From: Octopus vulgaris
Taxonomy: Eukaryota
DNA: 64,000 bases
NCBI GenBank assembly: GCA_951406725.2
Contig: OX597814.1
Location: forward strand, 207,638,001 to 207,702,000
Reading direction: 5' to 3'
Numbering within the stretch: position 1 is the stretch's first letter; every line of letters begins with the position of its first letter. Of this stretch, positions 12,076 to 26,567 are shown piece by piece. The notes under the pieces are model-generated. The model worked only from the letters and a program-made list of their open reading frames with translations, did not search any database and had not been told where the DNA came from. The position numbers and the translations under genes were made by a program.

Positions 12076-12811
12076 AATAATATCAAGAAGAAAATTGGCT
12101 GAACCAAATGCAGACCTCCACTAGTCTTTTGGAATTCTATTGCTCAACAGTTTGCTTACTCAAGAAACATGTTGGCAACAGCTTTTCTTCTTCCTCTTAT
12201 TCCACCCCACTTTCTCTTTTTCCTCCTCCTCTTCCTTTTCTCCCTCCTCTTCTACCTCTTTTCCCTCCTTTTCTCCCTCCTCCTCTGCCTCATCATCATC
12301 ATCATCATCAAGATAGACAGCCCTGATTGAGCAGATTTATGTTCAAAGGTTGTTCCGGCCATAATAACCATCCTTTCATTTTTTTAAATCATAATTAAGC
12401 TTACACGGTCCAGCATCCCCCTCATTTTCCAAACTGTGCGCTGTGATTTCAGGGAGCTTTGGTTGCTATTTCTAGCAGGCTGTTGGGACCACATGCAGGC
12501 TATTTTGCTATGCTTTGTCTAAACAACATGTAATTTGCATTAGAGAAAAGAAATTATAAATCTCTCCACCACCCCCACCATCGCTACTTCACCACTCTCC
12601 TTCCTCTCCTGCCTCTTAAAATGCTTGTTCTCATTTTGTAGACAGACCGTGTACACCTCAGCAATTTGCTGCATGCCATTGTTTATCGAGGCAGATGCCA
12701 GCCTTTGCATTGCACAGCACTGCACTGCAATGCCTGTACAGAAATGTATACAACAACAGTTACCCAATCTCAGTCAAACAGTAAAATCAGAATTTAATAG
12801 TGTCTGCCTAC

Positions 12812-12958
12812 CTGGTTTTTATATTTTAGTAGCTCGGTTCTCCTCGTAAGTAATGCGGATGAGATGCATTTCCATGTTTCAGGAACGGGAGATTCCGTTT
12901 GTCGTAAAACTGGAGCAACTGTGAGCTGTAGGTTGTAAACGTGTGCATTTCTGTGCAT
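12812..12958 (-). CDS. Candidate alternative first (or internal) coding exon (MHRNAHVYNLQLTVAPVLRQTESPVPETWKCISSALLTRRTELLKYKNQ)
   Basis: ATG-initiated 49 open codons ending at phase-0 donor CAG|GTAGGC, in CpG-containing unique DNA. A ~3.7-kb TE-poor stretch lies upstream. Phase fits 10857-10919. Confidence 0.3.
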
Positions 12959-12969
12959 GTAAGGGTATG

Positions 12970-15440
<2,471 letters not shown>

Positions 15441-15824
15441 GCATTCGCAAATGTGTGTATAGAACTAAAAGGAAATAAATGATAGATTGTTGATTGACTT
15501 TAAAATATTTGTAGGTGTTATTTTTTTCATTGTTCTTTCTTATCCTTCCTCTAAGAGAACAACAACAGTTAGCAGTAATATTAACAACAACAACATCATT
15601 AACCAACGTTTGTATTATTTAAATATCAAGAGGAGCAGTAACAAAAGCAGCAGCAACAACAACAACAACAAAAATCAAGAATTTCTCTAGTTTTTTTTTT
15701 TTTTTTATTTTTTTTCGTTTTTTTTTTTTTTTTTTTTTTTTTTTGGTACTGTGCTACAAAACAGAGAAACTCTCATTTTGGATCTGGCAATGATACTGAT
15801 GATGAAGAATGGGTTGGGGTTGGC

Positions 15825-15859
<35 letters not shown>

Positions 15860-16658
15860 GAGATAAGAAAACTAAATATTATTAAAGAAATTTCAAGATG
15901 AAAAAGGAAATAGATAGAAAATATGCAGTTAATAAGAGAACATTACATTACATTACATGAATGAATAGAAAGAAAGAAGGAAAGAAAAACAAGCCAGAAG
16001 ATGAAAGAGGAAAAGAAAGAAAAATCTCAGAGTTATGGTGGGAAAAGGAATTGGATGATTTAGATTTGTTTTTCTTTGCTTTTGGGGTTTTTCTTTCATT
16101 TTTTTTTTTTTGGTATTTCTTCTCATGTCATGTCTATTTACTACTTTGATTCCTCTTAGCTATTACCCCCCAAAAAAGGAGAATAATAATAAGAATAGTA
16201 ATAACTAAAGTAAGAAAAACAGGGAAAATTTAAAAAAAAACAACTTTCTAAACCATATTGCCGCATGGCTTTGCATTTTTTATTGGCATTTTTGGGGGGG
16301 TTTTTTCTTTTTTTTTTGGAAGCGGGTAGGGTTCATTCTTAGAAATACTATTAATAAACAATAACTACCAACCCAAAATAGTCTGTTTATTTCAATATTT
16401 AAGAATTTTTAAAATTTATTTTAACCCCCCCCCCCACACACACACACAGACACACACACACACACATTCTCCCTTTCCACACACCAGACACATTTCTTCT
16501 TCATCACTGTGTTATTATTTTTATCAACAATTTTTTTTCTTCTCCTCTCTTGAAACATTTCCTTTAATGGATGGATGAATGAATGGAGTGAATAGATTGT
16601 GTAATAATGACACTGCTATTGAGTAATAAATAGACTGGTGTATATTTATATACTCATA

Positions 16659-16873
16659 TCATCATCATCATCATCATCATCGTTTAACGTCCACTTTCCA
16701 TGCTAGCATGGGTTGGACGGTTCGACCGAGGATCTGGGAAGCCAGAAAGGCTGCACCAGGCTCCAGTCTGATCTGGCAGTGTTTCTACAGCTGGATGCCC
16801 TTCCTAACACCAACCACTCCGTGAGTGTAGTGGGTGCTTTTTACGTGCCACCGGCACAGGTGCCAGGCGAGGC
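16659..16873 (-). mobile_element. RTE LINE 3' UTR fragment
   Basis: (CAT)n CGTTTAACGTCC...GGATGCCCTTCCTAAC...TTTTTACGTGCCACCGGCAC. Confidence 0.85.
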
Positions 16874-17005
16874 ATGTATATATGCATGTATATAGGCATG
16901 TACATGCACATGTGTGTATGCACACACCCAAATATGTGTATACATGGATACACACACACACACACATGTCATCATCATCACTTTGTCCATTTTCCATGCT
17001 TTTAA

Positions 17006-17654
17006 CTCCTTAGCATTTAAACTGGCCATATCTGGCCCAAATATTCTACCTGTTTTATATTCAAATTGACCAAATCCAGCTTGTCACATCTACCCTACAA
17101 TGTCATTCGGAAAATAAACAATTATATCTTCAGAACCTCAAAGTTATGAGATAAAGCAGTATTAATTCAAAACAATGTCATCATCATCAACATCATCATT
17201 TAACGTCTGCTTTCCATGCTAGCATGGGTTGGACGGTTTTGACTGAGGGCTGGCAACAAGATGGCTGCACCAGGCTCCAGCCTTGATCTGGCAGAGTTTC
17301 TACAGCTGGATGCCCTTTTTTGCACGTGCCACCGACACAGGTGCCAGTGAAGCGACGTTGGTAACGATCATGCTCGAATGGTGCCCTTTTACGTGCCACA
17401 GGTACAGAAGCCAGTTGGTTGCTCTGGCAGCAATCACAACGATCATGCTCAGGTGGTGTTCTTGGCACCCTACTAGCACAGGCATAAGTGCCGGTAAGGC
17501 GATGCTGGTAACGATCATACTCGAATAGCCTCTCTGTTAACGATCACACTAATATGCTGCTCTTTGCACCCCGTTAGCACGGATGCCAGTCATCGAAGTG
17601 ATTTTGTGAATAAATAATTATTATATTTGACAGATTAATCTGTATGCTAAAGGG
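17006..17654. mobile_element. TTAA-flanked piggyBac-type MITE (family P1) interrupted by an RTE 3' UTR (17178-~17605, minus)
   Basis: TTAA|CTCCTTAGCAT ... ATGCTAAAGGG|TTAA. Uninterrupted relative at 46157-46360. Confidence 0.75.
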
Positions 17655-17689
17655 TTAAGGGCATGGCAGCTCTTCTACATAGTGCCTAA

Positions 17690-17855
17690 CAACCTGTTGT
17701 GGTCACATCTCATTTCCTTGGTTTAGTGTCCTAAGATCAACCTGCATCACTTCTTCACACATCTTGCTTAGTCTCTCCCTTTCACATATTCCTTCCGCTT
17801 GGATTTCTAGGCAATTCTTTACACAGATGTAATATTTCATAACATCATATGTCTC
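17690..17855 (-). pseudogene. Old RTE LINE ORF C-terminal fragment
   Basis: Minus frame reads CVKNCLEIQAEGICERERLSKMCEEVMQVDLRTL, which aligns by eye to CVKKCHSQTVEG...WDEVIKHDLRAL at ~9000-9100. Confidence 0.6.
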
Positions 17856-17859
17856 TCAA

Positions 17860-18232
17860 GAAGACTTCTACTCCGCAGCAGAAGTGTCAAGACCGATCCT
17901 GCTGGTGGTGTAAAGCACTTGCGGCAGTGATACGTAAAGGCACCCATGAGGTGCCACATAAGTGCCCATGTAGTGCCATATAAAAGTGACCATGTGGTGC
18001 CATGTAAAATTGTCCATGAAGCACCTTGTAAAAGCACCTGTACAGTCCCACATAAAAGCACCCATGCGATGTCACATAAAGAGCCCAGTGGTTGGCATTA
18101 GGAAGGGCATCCAGCCATAGAAACCATGCCAAACCAGACTGGGGTCTGGTGCAGTTCCCCAGCTGCTAGCTCTGGTCAAACCGTCCTACCCATGCCAGCA
18201 TGGACAACAGGCATTAAATGATGACTATGATG
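17860..18232 (+). mobile_element. Degenerate RTE 3' UTR with ~22-bp internal tandem repeats
   Basis: Repeated GTGCCAYRTAAAAGCACC-like units, then TTGGCATTAGGAAGGGCATCCAGCC and a degraded (GAT)n tail. Confidence 0.7.
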
Positions 18233-18272
18233 ATATCTGTACTAACCCTTTTGAAATTGCATACCTCAATTG

Positions 18273-18491
18273 CAGTGGTTTTCAAACAGGGTTCTGCGGA
18301 ACCTTAGGGTTCCGCCACTACAGTGCAGGGGTTCCGCAAGAAGTTACAAAACTGCTAAAATCGGTTGTAATTTTTAAGTTTCCTGTGCAGATATGTCTGC
18401 ATAAGACTATTAAATAATTGCACAGGGGTTCCTCGAACCAGTGGAATGTTTCCTTGGGGTTCCGCTCCAGCAAAAAGTTTGAAAAGCACTG
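18273..18491. mobile_element. hAT (Charlie-like) MITE
   Basis: TIR CAGTGGTTTTCAAAC / GTTTGAAAAGCACTG. 8-bp TSD CTCAATTG / CTCTATTG. Repeated subterminal GGGTTCC motifs. Confidence 0.85.
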
Positions 18492-18594
18492 CTCTATTGT
18501 CTTGCCAATTAGATGATGTTGCAATGGAAGGGTCATTCTCTTCCGCTCTTCCATTTCATGTTCCTCCATACAGGTATGTTCCCTGAGAATTTAC

Positions 18595-18689
18595 CTGACT
18601 GACAAGTTCATGAAATGCTGACATGACTGTCACCTCCTCCAGCTGTATGTGAGCACCTTCGCTACTGCTGTTGTTGTCACCCAGATTGT
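18595..18689 (-). CDS. Candidate coding exon (xNLGDNNSSSEGAHIQLEEVTVMSAFHELVSQ)
   Basis: Donor CAG|GTAAAT. A weak acceptor (TTTTAATAAG) gives phase 1-0, bridging 19630-19741 to 10857-10919. A stronger acceptor at 18711 would instead give a UTR plus ATG exon (MSAFHELVSQ). Confidence 0.35.
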
Positions 18690-18837
18690 CTTATTAAAAG
18701 TTCCTTCAAAGCTGTAGATCCATAGAGAAAATAAAATACGAATGCATGACATCAATGCCATTTTTAACAGTACCAGTGGTATAAACAAGCTGATATTGCT
18801 ACCACTGAGAATTGAAGCCATGTCATAAGTGTAACTT

Positions 18838-19076
18838 ATTTCTTATTTCTTTACTGCCCACAAGGGGCTAAACATAGAGGGGATAAACAAGGACAGACAA
18901 AGAGATTAAGTCGATTACATCGACCCTAGTTCTTAACTGGTACTTAATTTATCGACCCCGAAAGGATGAAAGGCCAAGTTGACCTCGGTGGAATTTGAAC
19001 TCAGAACATAGCAGCTGACAAAATGCCGCTAAGCATTTCGCCCGGTGTGCTAGCGTTTCTGCCAGCTCGCTGCCTT
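18838..19076 (-). mobile_element. SINE family A with 13-bp TSD
   Basis: ATAAGTGTAACTT at 18825-18837 and 19077-19089. Confidence 0.9.
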
Positions 19077-19629
19077 ATAAGTGTAACTTGGCAAGTGCTA
19101 ACCACGATTCTCTTCAATGAACCATCCAATTAGTTATTAGTTTTGCTAATCCATTTGTGACGATATTTCTTACGAAATGCACGGTTCATGTTTTAAATCA
19201 ATTATGAAAATAATCCAAGAATTTGACGTGATTTTGTAAATTAAGAAAGTTTTGCATAATTAAACAAGTGTTCAAAGTTTTATTTATTTATTTATTTTAT
19301 AAAATCAACGAAAGATTTTAATTCAAATGTGGAAACTTTAAAATTATTGGTTTCTGAATTATCGAATCATAAAATCAGAGATGGTCTCAAACAGGTATAT
19401 AATATCAAAAGAGTTGAGTATTAATGGCCTGTTATCTATTCCAGTGCAGCTGGTGCGTTGTCATTTCGTCAGAGATTTCATTCCAGTACAGTTTTTATGT
19501 GCATCCAATATCTGCACTAACTAACACCACGTGTTCATCATGCATAATTGAAATAGCAACATAAAATTTCCTTTTGCCTTATTTATTTATTTATATTTAT
19601 TTATATTTATTTTACGCTTGGTAACTTAC

Positions 19630-19741
19630 ACTGTCTTTTAGTACGTAGCAATTTGTTGTTATGATCTGCTACACGTGACTGAACTGAACCCAACCAAACC
19701 TTGGCCTTGGCAGTAATATTCAAATGGATTCCTGCTAATGG
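19630..19741 (-). CDS. Candidate coding exon (PLAGIHLNITAKAKVWLGSVQSRVADHNNKLLRTKRQ), unidentified gene
   Basis: Strong acceptor GTTTTTCTTTTATATATTTAG and donor GT|GTAAGT. 112 bp, only one open frame, phase 0-1. Confidence 0.55.
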
Positions 19742-20761
19742 CTAAATATATAAAAGAAAAACAATAAACATACAATTACTTGTAATATTATCAAACGATT
19801 TATCAGCAGAATAAATTATTTGTAGATTCAAGAAATTTAAATTGCTAACATTCTTGATCATCATTTTTTTTTTGTTATCATTATTCATTTTACTCCTTTC
19901 TTACTGTGTTTTTCTAATTTTCTTCTTACTTTTTTCTTGCTGTTCATCTATTTATTTATTTTTTTTGCCTCTTCTCCCTCTCATTGCTGTTGTTGTTTTC
20001 CTTCTGCTTCTTCCCCTCCTCCTTATCATCATCATCATTAGCATTGTATTAAATTAAATTTGCAAATTCTAAAACTCCTCAGTTTTATTTTATTTTATGT
20101 GTGTGTAATTGTTCAGATGTCAAGTGAGTGTGTGTAGATAGGTATGTCGAACACAAGGAGCAAACAGTTGTAGTAACATCCATATAATATTGAGCTCCCA
20201 TTGACATTTATTTAGGCACACCTTCTTACCATACGTAAGGTAGACAGTGTGGCATAACCAAACCTCAGATTCATTCCATCAGCCTTTGAGTTGATGTATT
20301 CATCAAACACATAACAAACTCTATTGGGACTTATTGAATAGAGATTTTATAGTCAGTGAATTTTGAACCTAGTTTTTCCTGCTTATCAGTGATGGCTCTT
20401 TTTCCTTAAAGAAATGGGTTTCTGTTCTCCCAAAATTAATGATATTGGAATGCATGGCTGTTTTGTTACCTACTGCTAGAATCTCTCCTTGTGTAGGATA
20501 TTCACTTCTGGAAAAGTGGGTGGTTGTTGCATTGACAGTTCTAATACTTCAGTTGTGTCTGCTGGAATTATTATTAGCAGCTAAGGGTTTCTTTCCTTCT
20601 CTGATGTAGATGTGAAAGTATGTATACATGTGTACACACACATACATACACTTCTGTTGATGTATATTTGATAATGAACATTTTAAGCAATTGTGGTTCT
20701 CTTTTTGTATCACATTGGTCCTTATATGATTTATATCAAAATCTCAGCTACATATATATTT

Positions 20762-20884
20762 TTTTTACATGGTAAAGGTTGACAGTAACTTCAAAGTTTT
20801 GGCATCGTTTCCTTTGTCAGACAATCTAGCAAAGGTGACCAAGCCAAAATTTTTAAGTCACTGTCAACTTTTCCCTTGTAAAAA
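20762..20884. repeat. Imperfect ~120-bp palindrome made of two degenerate hammerhead-like motifs (Penelope-like remnant)
   Basis: TTTTACATGGTAAAGGTTGACAGTAACTT is mirrored by AAGTCACTGTCAACTTTTCCCTTGTAAAA. Each arm carries a mutated CTGAnGA...GAAAC...GTC core. Confidence 0.55.
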
Positions 20885-21584
20885 TTTATATGATCTTTAA
20901 CGGTATTGAGTGATCCTTTAATTAGTGTTTAACTATTTTGAATATATGTTGTTTTGTTCCCATGCTTTCTACTCATGACCATTTTGTTTTCTTATGAGCT
21001 GTAAACCCAGAACCTTTTCTAAAATAATGAATGTTATGTGAGAGACTTTTAGCAGCTAAATCTTGCAGAACAAGTATGATCTTGGACAGAAAAAGAAAAA
21101 TTAAAGCATGCATTATAAATGTATAATATCTCTTGTGTGCAAAGAGCTGAGTGTGGTCATTGGATTTGCCAAGTGCATTACAAAGAAAGCTGAGAATTAA
21201 AAAAAAAAGTAAACAAAAGGGTGTCTCAGCACCAAAAGTACTGAACTACACTAACAACTATTAGATGTCGATGTTCAAAGATATTTGTGACAAAAGAAAA
21301 CCTAAGAAGAGTCAGAAGCGATGAGATTACATTTGGGAATGTTCAGACTGGGGAGAGATAACATAATGTGGCTCTCAGCCTGTTGTAGCTCAGTACTTTT
21401 TTTTACTGCAAAATACTGTTTTACAAATGCACATACCCTCATGTTTTGCACAGAAAACAGGAAAAAAAAACAACTTTTTTTTTCCAAACTGAAGTTGATT
21501 TTACCAAATGGTTAAGTGGTTTGTCATCCCATGCAGCATGTGCTTCCATGCAAATATTTGCTTGTCAAACTTTTATATAAATTA

Positions 21585-21978
21585 CAGGAGTGGCTGTGTG
21601 GTAAGTAGCTTGCTTACGAACCACATGGTTCCGGGTTCATTCCCACTACGTGGCACCTTGGGCAAGTGTCTTCTACTATAGCCTTGTGAGTGGATTTGGT
21701 TGACAGAAACTGGAAGAAGCCCGTCATATATATGTATATATATATGTATGTATGTATATGTTTGTGTGTCTGTGTTTGTCCCCCCACCATTGCTTGACAA
21801 CCGATGGTGATGTGTTTACATCCCGTAACTTAGCGGTTCAGCAAAAGAGACTGATAGAATAAGTACTAGGCTTACAAAGAATAAGTCCTGGGGTCGATTT
21901 ACTCGACTAGAAGGCGGTGCTCCAGCATGGCCGCAGTCAAATGACTGAAACAAGTAAAAGAGTAAAAGAGAAAAGAGT
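21585..21978 (+). mobile_element. SINE family B, near full length
   Basis: Same head, CORE-like block, internal microsatellite and tail as 10950-11372. Confidence 0.9.
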
Positions 21979-21993
21979 ATGACTATAACTTAC

Positions 21994-22056
21994 GCAGGGT
22001 CTTGGTGCAACATCAACCATGTTTGTGCTCCCTGATAACAGGCAGGTCTTTGTCAT
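21994..22056 (-). CDS. Candidate start-codon exon (MTKTCLLSGSTN-MVDVAPRPC); exon 21994-22065
   Basis: Acceptor AATCTTTATTAG. In-frame TAA, then ATG at 22056 and a second ATG in strong context AAACATGG at 22020. Donor TGC|GTAAGT is phase 0 and joins in frame to 19741. Confidence 0.5.
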
Positions 22057-22625
22057 ATTTTAATCCTAATAAAGATTTCGTTGAAAATGTATTGAAAATA
22101 TAAGTATTGCATTTAGTTTAAATGTTTTTATTTCTCAGAAAAATCACCTCTCTAAACACTCAGCACTCGTATTGAAACCCCTTGACATCTCACTGCATTG
22201 CAAGCATATAATGCCTCTGAGGGGGTTGTTGTAACCCAAGTTAAGAACTGGTTTAGACAAATGCATATCAACTGTCTTGCAAACCAATCTGATACACATT
22301 GCATGGCAAATTTACCTGTTAAGGTATTAAGAATAAGGATATCTCACCCTGTGTCTCTTTCTCCATTAGTGTAAATATACATACATACACAGACCCTTAC
22401 ACACACATACACACACATATATACGGACATAGACCTATATATACACATACACATATATGTATGTGTTTGTTTATGTATAAGGATGGTTTTTATTTTATGA
22501 TGGCAATTATGCCTTTTCAATTCTTGTGGCCTTGTCATACATACAAATGTAAATACTTTCACATGAATATGTGTAGTTGTCTGCATATACAAACTCACCA
22601 TCACTTCATATAGAAAGCTCCACAC

Positions 22626-22627
<2 letters not shown>

Positions 22628-22690
<63 letters not shown>

Positions 22691-22692
22691 TC
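22628..22692. repeat. (CT)n microsatellite
   Basis: Directly visible. Confidence 0.95.
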
Positions 22693-23397
22693 CTTTAGCA
22701 AGCCTCTAAATTTATGGTTAAAACTGGATGTAAAATAATGGTTTTATTGCTAAGACTTATCAAATCAATCAACATAACAAGCTACTTGTTATTAGAAAAT
22801 AGAGGGAAAATGCGTTAATGATTGTAAAAGATGATGATTGTAAAGTGACAATTACTTTAATTTGCCTTATCTGTTGTGATTTTCAAGGAATGCTGATTAA
22901 TTTCTCAGATAAGAAACAGGTGTGTGTATATGTGTGAAAAAAAAAAATATATATATATATACTTCACTTTTTGTATTTGGTTTGCAAGGTTGTTGATGTG
23001 AATTCGTGTTGAAACGAATTTTGTCTTTGGAGTGTCATTACACCAATGATAATAACATGCACGCACAGGTTCAATTCCTCTTCTTTATTGCTAGTCAGCC
23101 AGTGAAATATCTAACCAACTATTCAAAGGAATAAATATTTATTTATATTGCTGGCATAATGACTCTCCCAAGACATCACAATGTGTCTGTATTAGACTTA
23201 ATTAAATAATTTAGGAGCTAACACTCTAGTCTGCTTTCTTCCTACATGTTCTCTGTGATCATCCTATGGAAACTAGTGAAGGGAAACTTGGACTGTACTA
23301 CACTAGTTCTTGTTGTTTTCTCTGTCAATGTATAAGGATGCACAAAGAGTTCTTAATACCAGTTATATGTCATGCAATTCTTTACAGACGTACAAGT

Positions 23398-23680
23398 CTT
23401 TTATCTTGTTTTAGTTGTTGGACTGCAGCCATGCTGGAGCAGTGCTTTGAGGGGGTTTAGTCAAACAAAATCAATTTCAGTATTATTATTTAAGTCTGAT
23501 ATTTATTCTCTCAGCCTCCTTTTGCTGAACTGCTAAGTCAAGGTTTCTTTCAGTTTCCATCTTACAAATCCACTCACAAGTCTTTGCTTGGCCCAAGGCT
23601 ATAGTAAAAAACACTTGCCTCAGATGCCATGCAGTTGGACTGAACTCAGAACCATGTGGCTGGGAACGGAACTTCTTGCC
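23398..23680 (-). mobile_element. Degenerate, internally deleted SINE family B
   Basis: GACTGCAGCCATGCTGGAGCA and CAAATCCACTCACAAG motifs. Confidence 0.7.
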
Positions 23681-24201
23681 ATGCAGAAAAAAAATAAAGA
23701 AAAATACCAATCCTAGTAATGCAAAATGCATTTAGATAGGCACTATAAGATTAATGGCAGAAAATTGTAACATTTTAAATTTACAGGAATAGCAAAGAGG
23801 ACGAGATATTAAAACAGGAAGGAGGGTTTAGAATAAATTAATAGGGTGGCTTAGAAGAATGGTATGTGATTGTGGCTTGTGAATTCAATTGAAGAGTATC
23901 CATAGGAAGAAAGGTGGAGAGCAACAACAGTATATCAAAGAAAGAAAATATTTAAATTTACATAAATATGTTGATGTAGGTGAATATTTAAATTTATATG
24001 CCTTTGAGAAAATGCTTTTGCACTGAAACATTTGAACAAATATGAAGTTATTATTTATATAGAATTTATTTACTCTACTTTTTTCCTTGTATTGAGTCCT
24101 TTTTTTGTTTTAGTCTTAGTCTGCTTGGATTTAAGCATACGTTCTGGCATGCACACACACATATATGTTTAGGAACATTTGTTGAAAACATTAGTCAAAA
24201 G

Positions 24202-24763
24202 ATCGTCAACTCTAGCTGACTTTAGACACAATATCAGTGCCCTTGGAGTATTTGCAAAGGGAAGCCATCCCTTCCTCGCAAGCCTGAGTGATACACTCGA
24301 ACTAGTTTCAGGATTTTTGTCCCTTGTCAACGGGCGGTAACCACCAGGTCGCGATGAAAGTGAAGGCTGCTTTGCAAATATATAAGTTTTTCTAGTGGCG
24401 TCTGCCACTGATGTCGAAAAACTGACAGTTTCAATCTCATTCTGAGATTTAATTATGCTTACTGTCAGTTTTTCGACATCAGTGGCAGATGCCACTAGAA
24501 AAACTTAAATATTTGCAAAGCAGCCTTCACTTTCATCGCGACCTGGTGGTTACCGCTCGTTGACAAGGGACAAAAATCCAGAAACTAGTTCGAGCGTATC
24601 ACTCAGGCTTGCGAGGAAGGGATGGCCTCCCTTTGCAAATACTCCAGGGGCACTGATATTGTGTATAAAGCCAACTAGAGACGACGATCTCTTGGGGCTA
24701 TAAAGCTACAGTAACACCCCCTCCCCAATGTGGTTAGCCATGTTAAGATGGCTTCTATACTTT
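24202..24763 (+). mobile_element. TSD-flanked non-LTR retroelement 3' end (CR1/L2-like) with a 230-bp fold-back duplication
   Basis: 14-bp TSD ACATTAGTCAAAAG at 24188-24201 and 24764-24777. Inverted arms 24200-24429 and 24461-24690. Terminal stem-loop AGCCAT...ATGGCT before TATAC. The clade assignment is tentative. Confidence 0.7.
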
Positions 24764-25524
24764 ACATTAGTCAAAAGTATATCAGTTAAAAGATATTCAT
24801 AGCAAACTATATTTGTAGAAAGACAAATTGATCAAAAACATATTCAGTCAAAGAAAAGACAGAATATAAATTGAAATTTTAATATTTTTCAATTTTTATT
24901 TTTTTTGTTAAATGTAGCATTTTGACCTGTATCATTTCTTATAACTTGCATTGTTTTAGCTGTATAAAAAAAAATTGTTTTTATAAAATTATAAAATATT
25001 ATTACAATGATTTATTGATATTTATGAATCACTTGTCATAATGTCTTAAATTACCAGGATTTAGAAACTGTTATATAAATCAGAATTTATCAATTATATA
25101 CAATCTATAAAACTTGATGCTTGAAATAACTGTTATGTATAAAAATTCACACCAGAAAATCATTGCTGTTCTTCAAAACAACATTCTGGACACAGCTTGT
25201 TTATTAAGGTCAACTGCTAAATTATCGATCAAATATTAATGTCCATTAAATCGTTCTGGTCAAGCGGTTTTATTGAAAATATTATATGAGTAATAAGCAG
25301 CATATCAATTCAGGTTACATGGAACAAAATAGACTGCCATTAAGTTATATCCCTTTAGCCCCTGCTGTCAAATCTCACCATGGTTAATTTTGCTTGTTAT
25401 TCTTCATTAGTTACTAAAAAAAAAAAAGCATCAAATGAATTACTAAATAAATCTAATCAGCTACATTTTACCCTTAACCCCCTCAGCAGTTAAACCTGCT
25501 GTACCTGGCCCAAATATTCTACCT

Positions 25525-25754
25525 ATTTCTTTACTACCCACAAGGGGCTAAACACAGAGGGGACAAACAAGGACAGACAAACGGATTAAGTCGATTACAT
25601 CGACCCCAGTGCGTAACTGGTACTTAATTTATCGACCCCGAAAGGATGAAAGGCAAAGTCGACCTCAGCGGAATTTGAACTCAGAACGTAACGGCAGACG
25701 AAATACGGCTACGCATTTCGCCCGGCATGCTAACGTTTCTGCCAGCTCGCCGCC
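25525..25754 (-). mobile_element. Young SINE family A with 15-bp TSD
   Basis: CCAAATATTCTACCT at 25510-25524 and 25753-25767. CpG-rich, little decay. Confidence 0.92.
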
Positions 25755-25921
25755 AAATATTCTACCTGTTTTATCTTCAACCCATTTACATCCAGCCTGT
25801 CACACCTCCCCTACAATGTCATTCTAAAAATAAACAATCAAATCATTGAAATCTTGAAGCTATGAGATAATGCTTGATTAATTCAAAACAATATGAATAA
25901 ATAAGTATTACATTTTACATT

Positions 25922-26567
25922 TTGTGCTGTGCGCGAGAAGACCCGGCAGGACAAGTGAGTTCATAACCCGTGGCCTTCTACATGGGATGGAGCCGGCCTA
26001 CGTATGCATACCTTCCCTTCTTGGGACACAAAACTCTACTTGTGAAGACGTGTTGAGGCAAGTGAGGATCAGAATCGAAATCGATCAATGGAAATTGCGG
26101 ATGTGCTACCAGTGCCGGTGGCATGTCAAAACTCTGCTTGTGAAGACCCGTTGAGGCAAGTGAGGATCAGAATCGATCAATGGAAATCGATCAATGGAAA
26201 TTGCAGATGTGTTACCAGTGCCGGTGGCATGTAAGAGAACTTTCCGTTTCGCGACCGTTGCCAGCACCGCCCCGTTTCGTGTCCGTTGCCAGCCTCGCCT
26301 GGCCCTCGTGCCGGTGGCACATAAAAAGCACCATCCGTTCGTGGCCGTTTGCCAGCTCTGTCTGGCACCAGTGCGGGTGGCACGTAAAAAGCACCCACTA
26401 CACTCATGGAGTGGTTGGCGTTAGGAAGGGCATCCAGCCGTAGAAACACTGCCAGATTTGACTGGGCCTGATGAAGCCTTCTGGCTTCACAGACCCCAGT
26501 AGAACCGTCCAACCCATGCTAGCATGGAAAACGGACGCTAAACGATGATGATGATGATGATGATGAT
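25922..26567 (+). mobile_element. RTE LINE: last ORF codons (CAVREKTRQDK*) plus complete ~600-bp 3' UTR and (GAT)n tail
   Basis: ORF end resembles YAVTTKTR at ~8950. The UTR holds a ~100-bp tandem duplication and repeated GTGCCGGTGGCAC modules. Confidence 0.8.

Noticed and set aside
19642-19716. Plus-strand frame YVAICCYDLLHVTELNPTKPWPWQ*
   Set aside because: It is the antisense of the 19630-19741 candidate exon, which has both a strong acceptor and a strong donor.
20497-20609. Plus-strand terminal exon encoding a hydrophobic tail (YSLLEKWVVVALTVLILQLCLLELLLAAKGFFPSLM*)
   Set aside because: T-rich DNA readily yields hydrophobic peptides. No linked plus-strand exons were found, and better-supported neighbouring exons are on the minus strand.
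24169-24495. 108-aa minus-strand ORF
   Set aside because: It spans the palindrome centre and crosses the TSD, so it is a by-product of the fold-back.
26100-26400. Repeat-spacer pattern resembling a CRISPR array
   Set aside because: The spacers are related to each other, the pattern lies in a LINE 3' UTR, there are no cas genes, and the context is eukaryotic.
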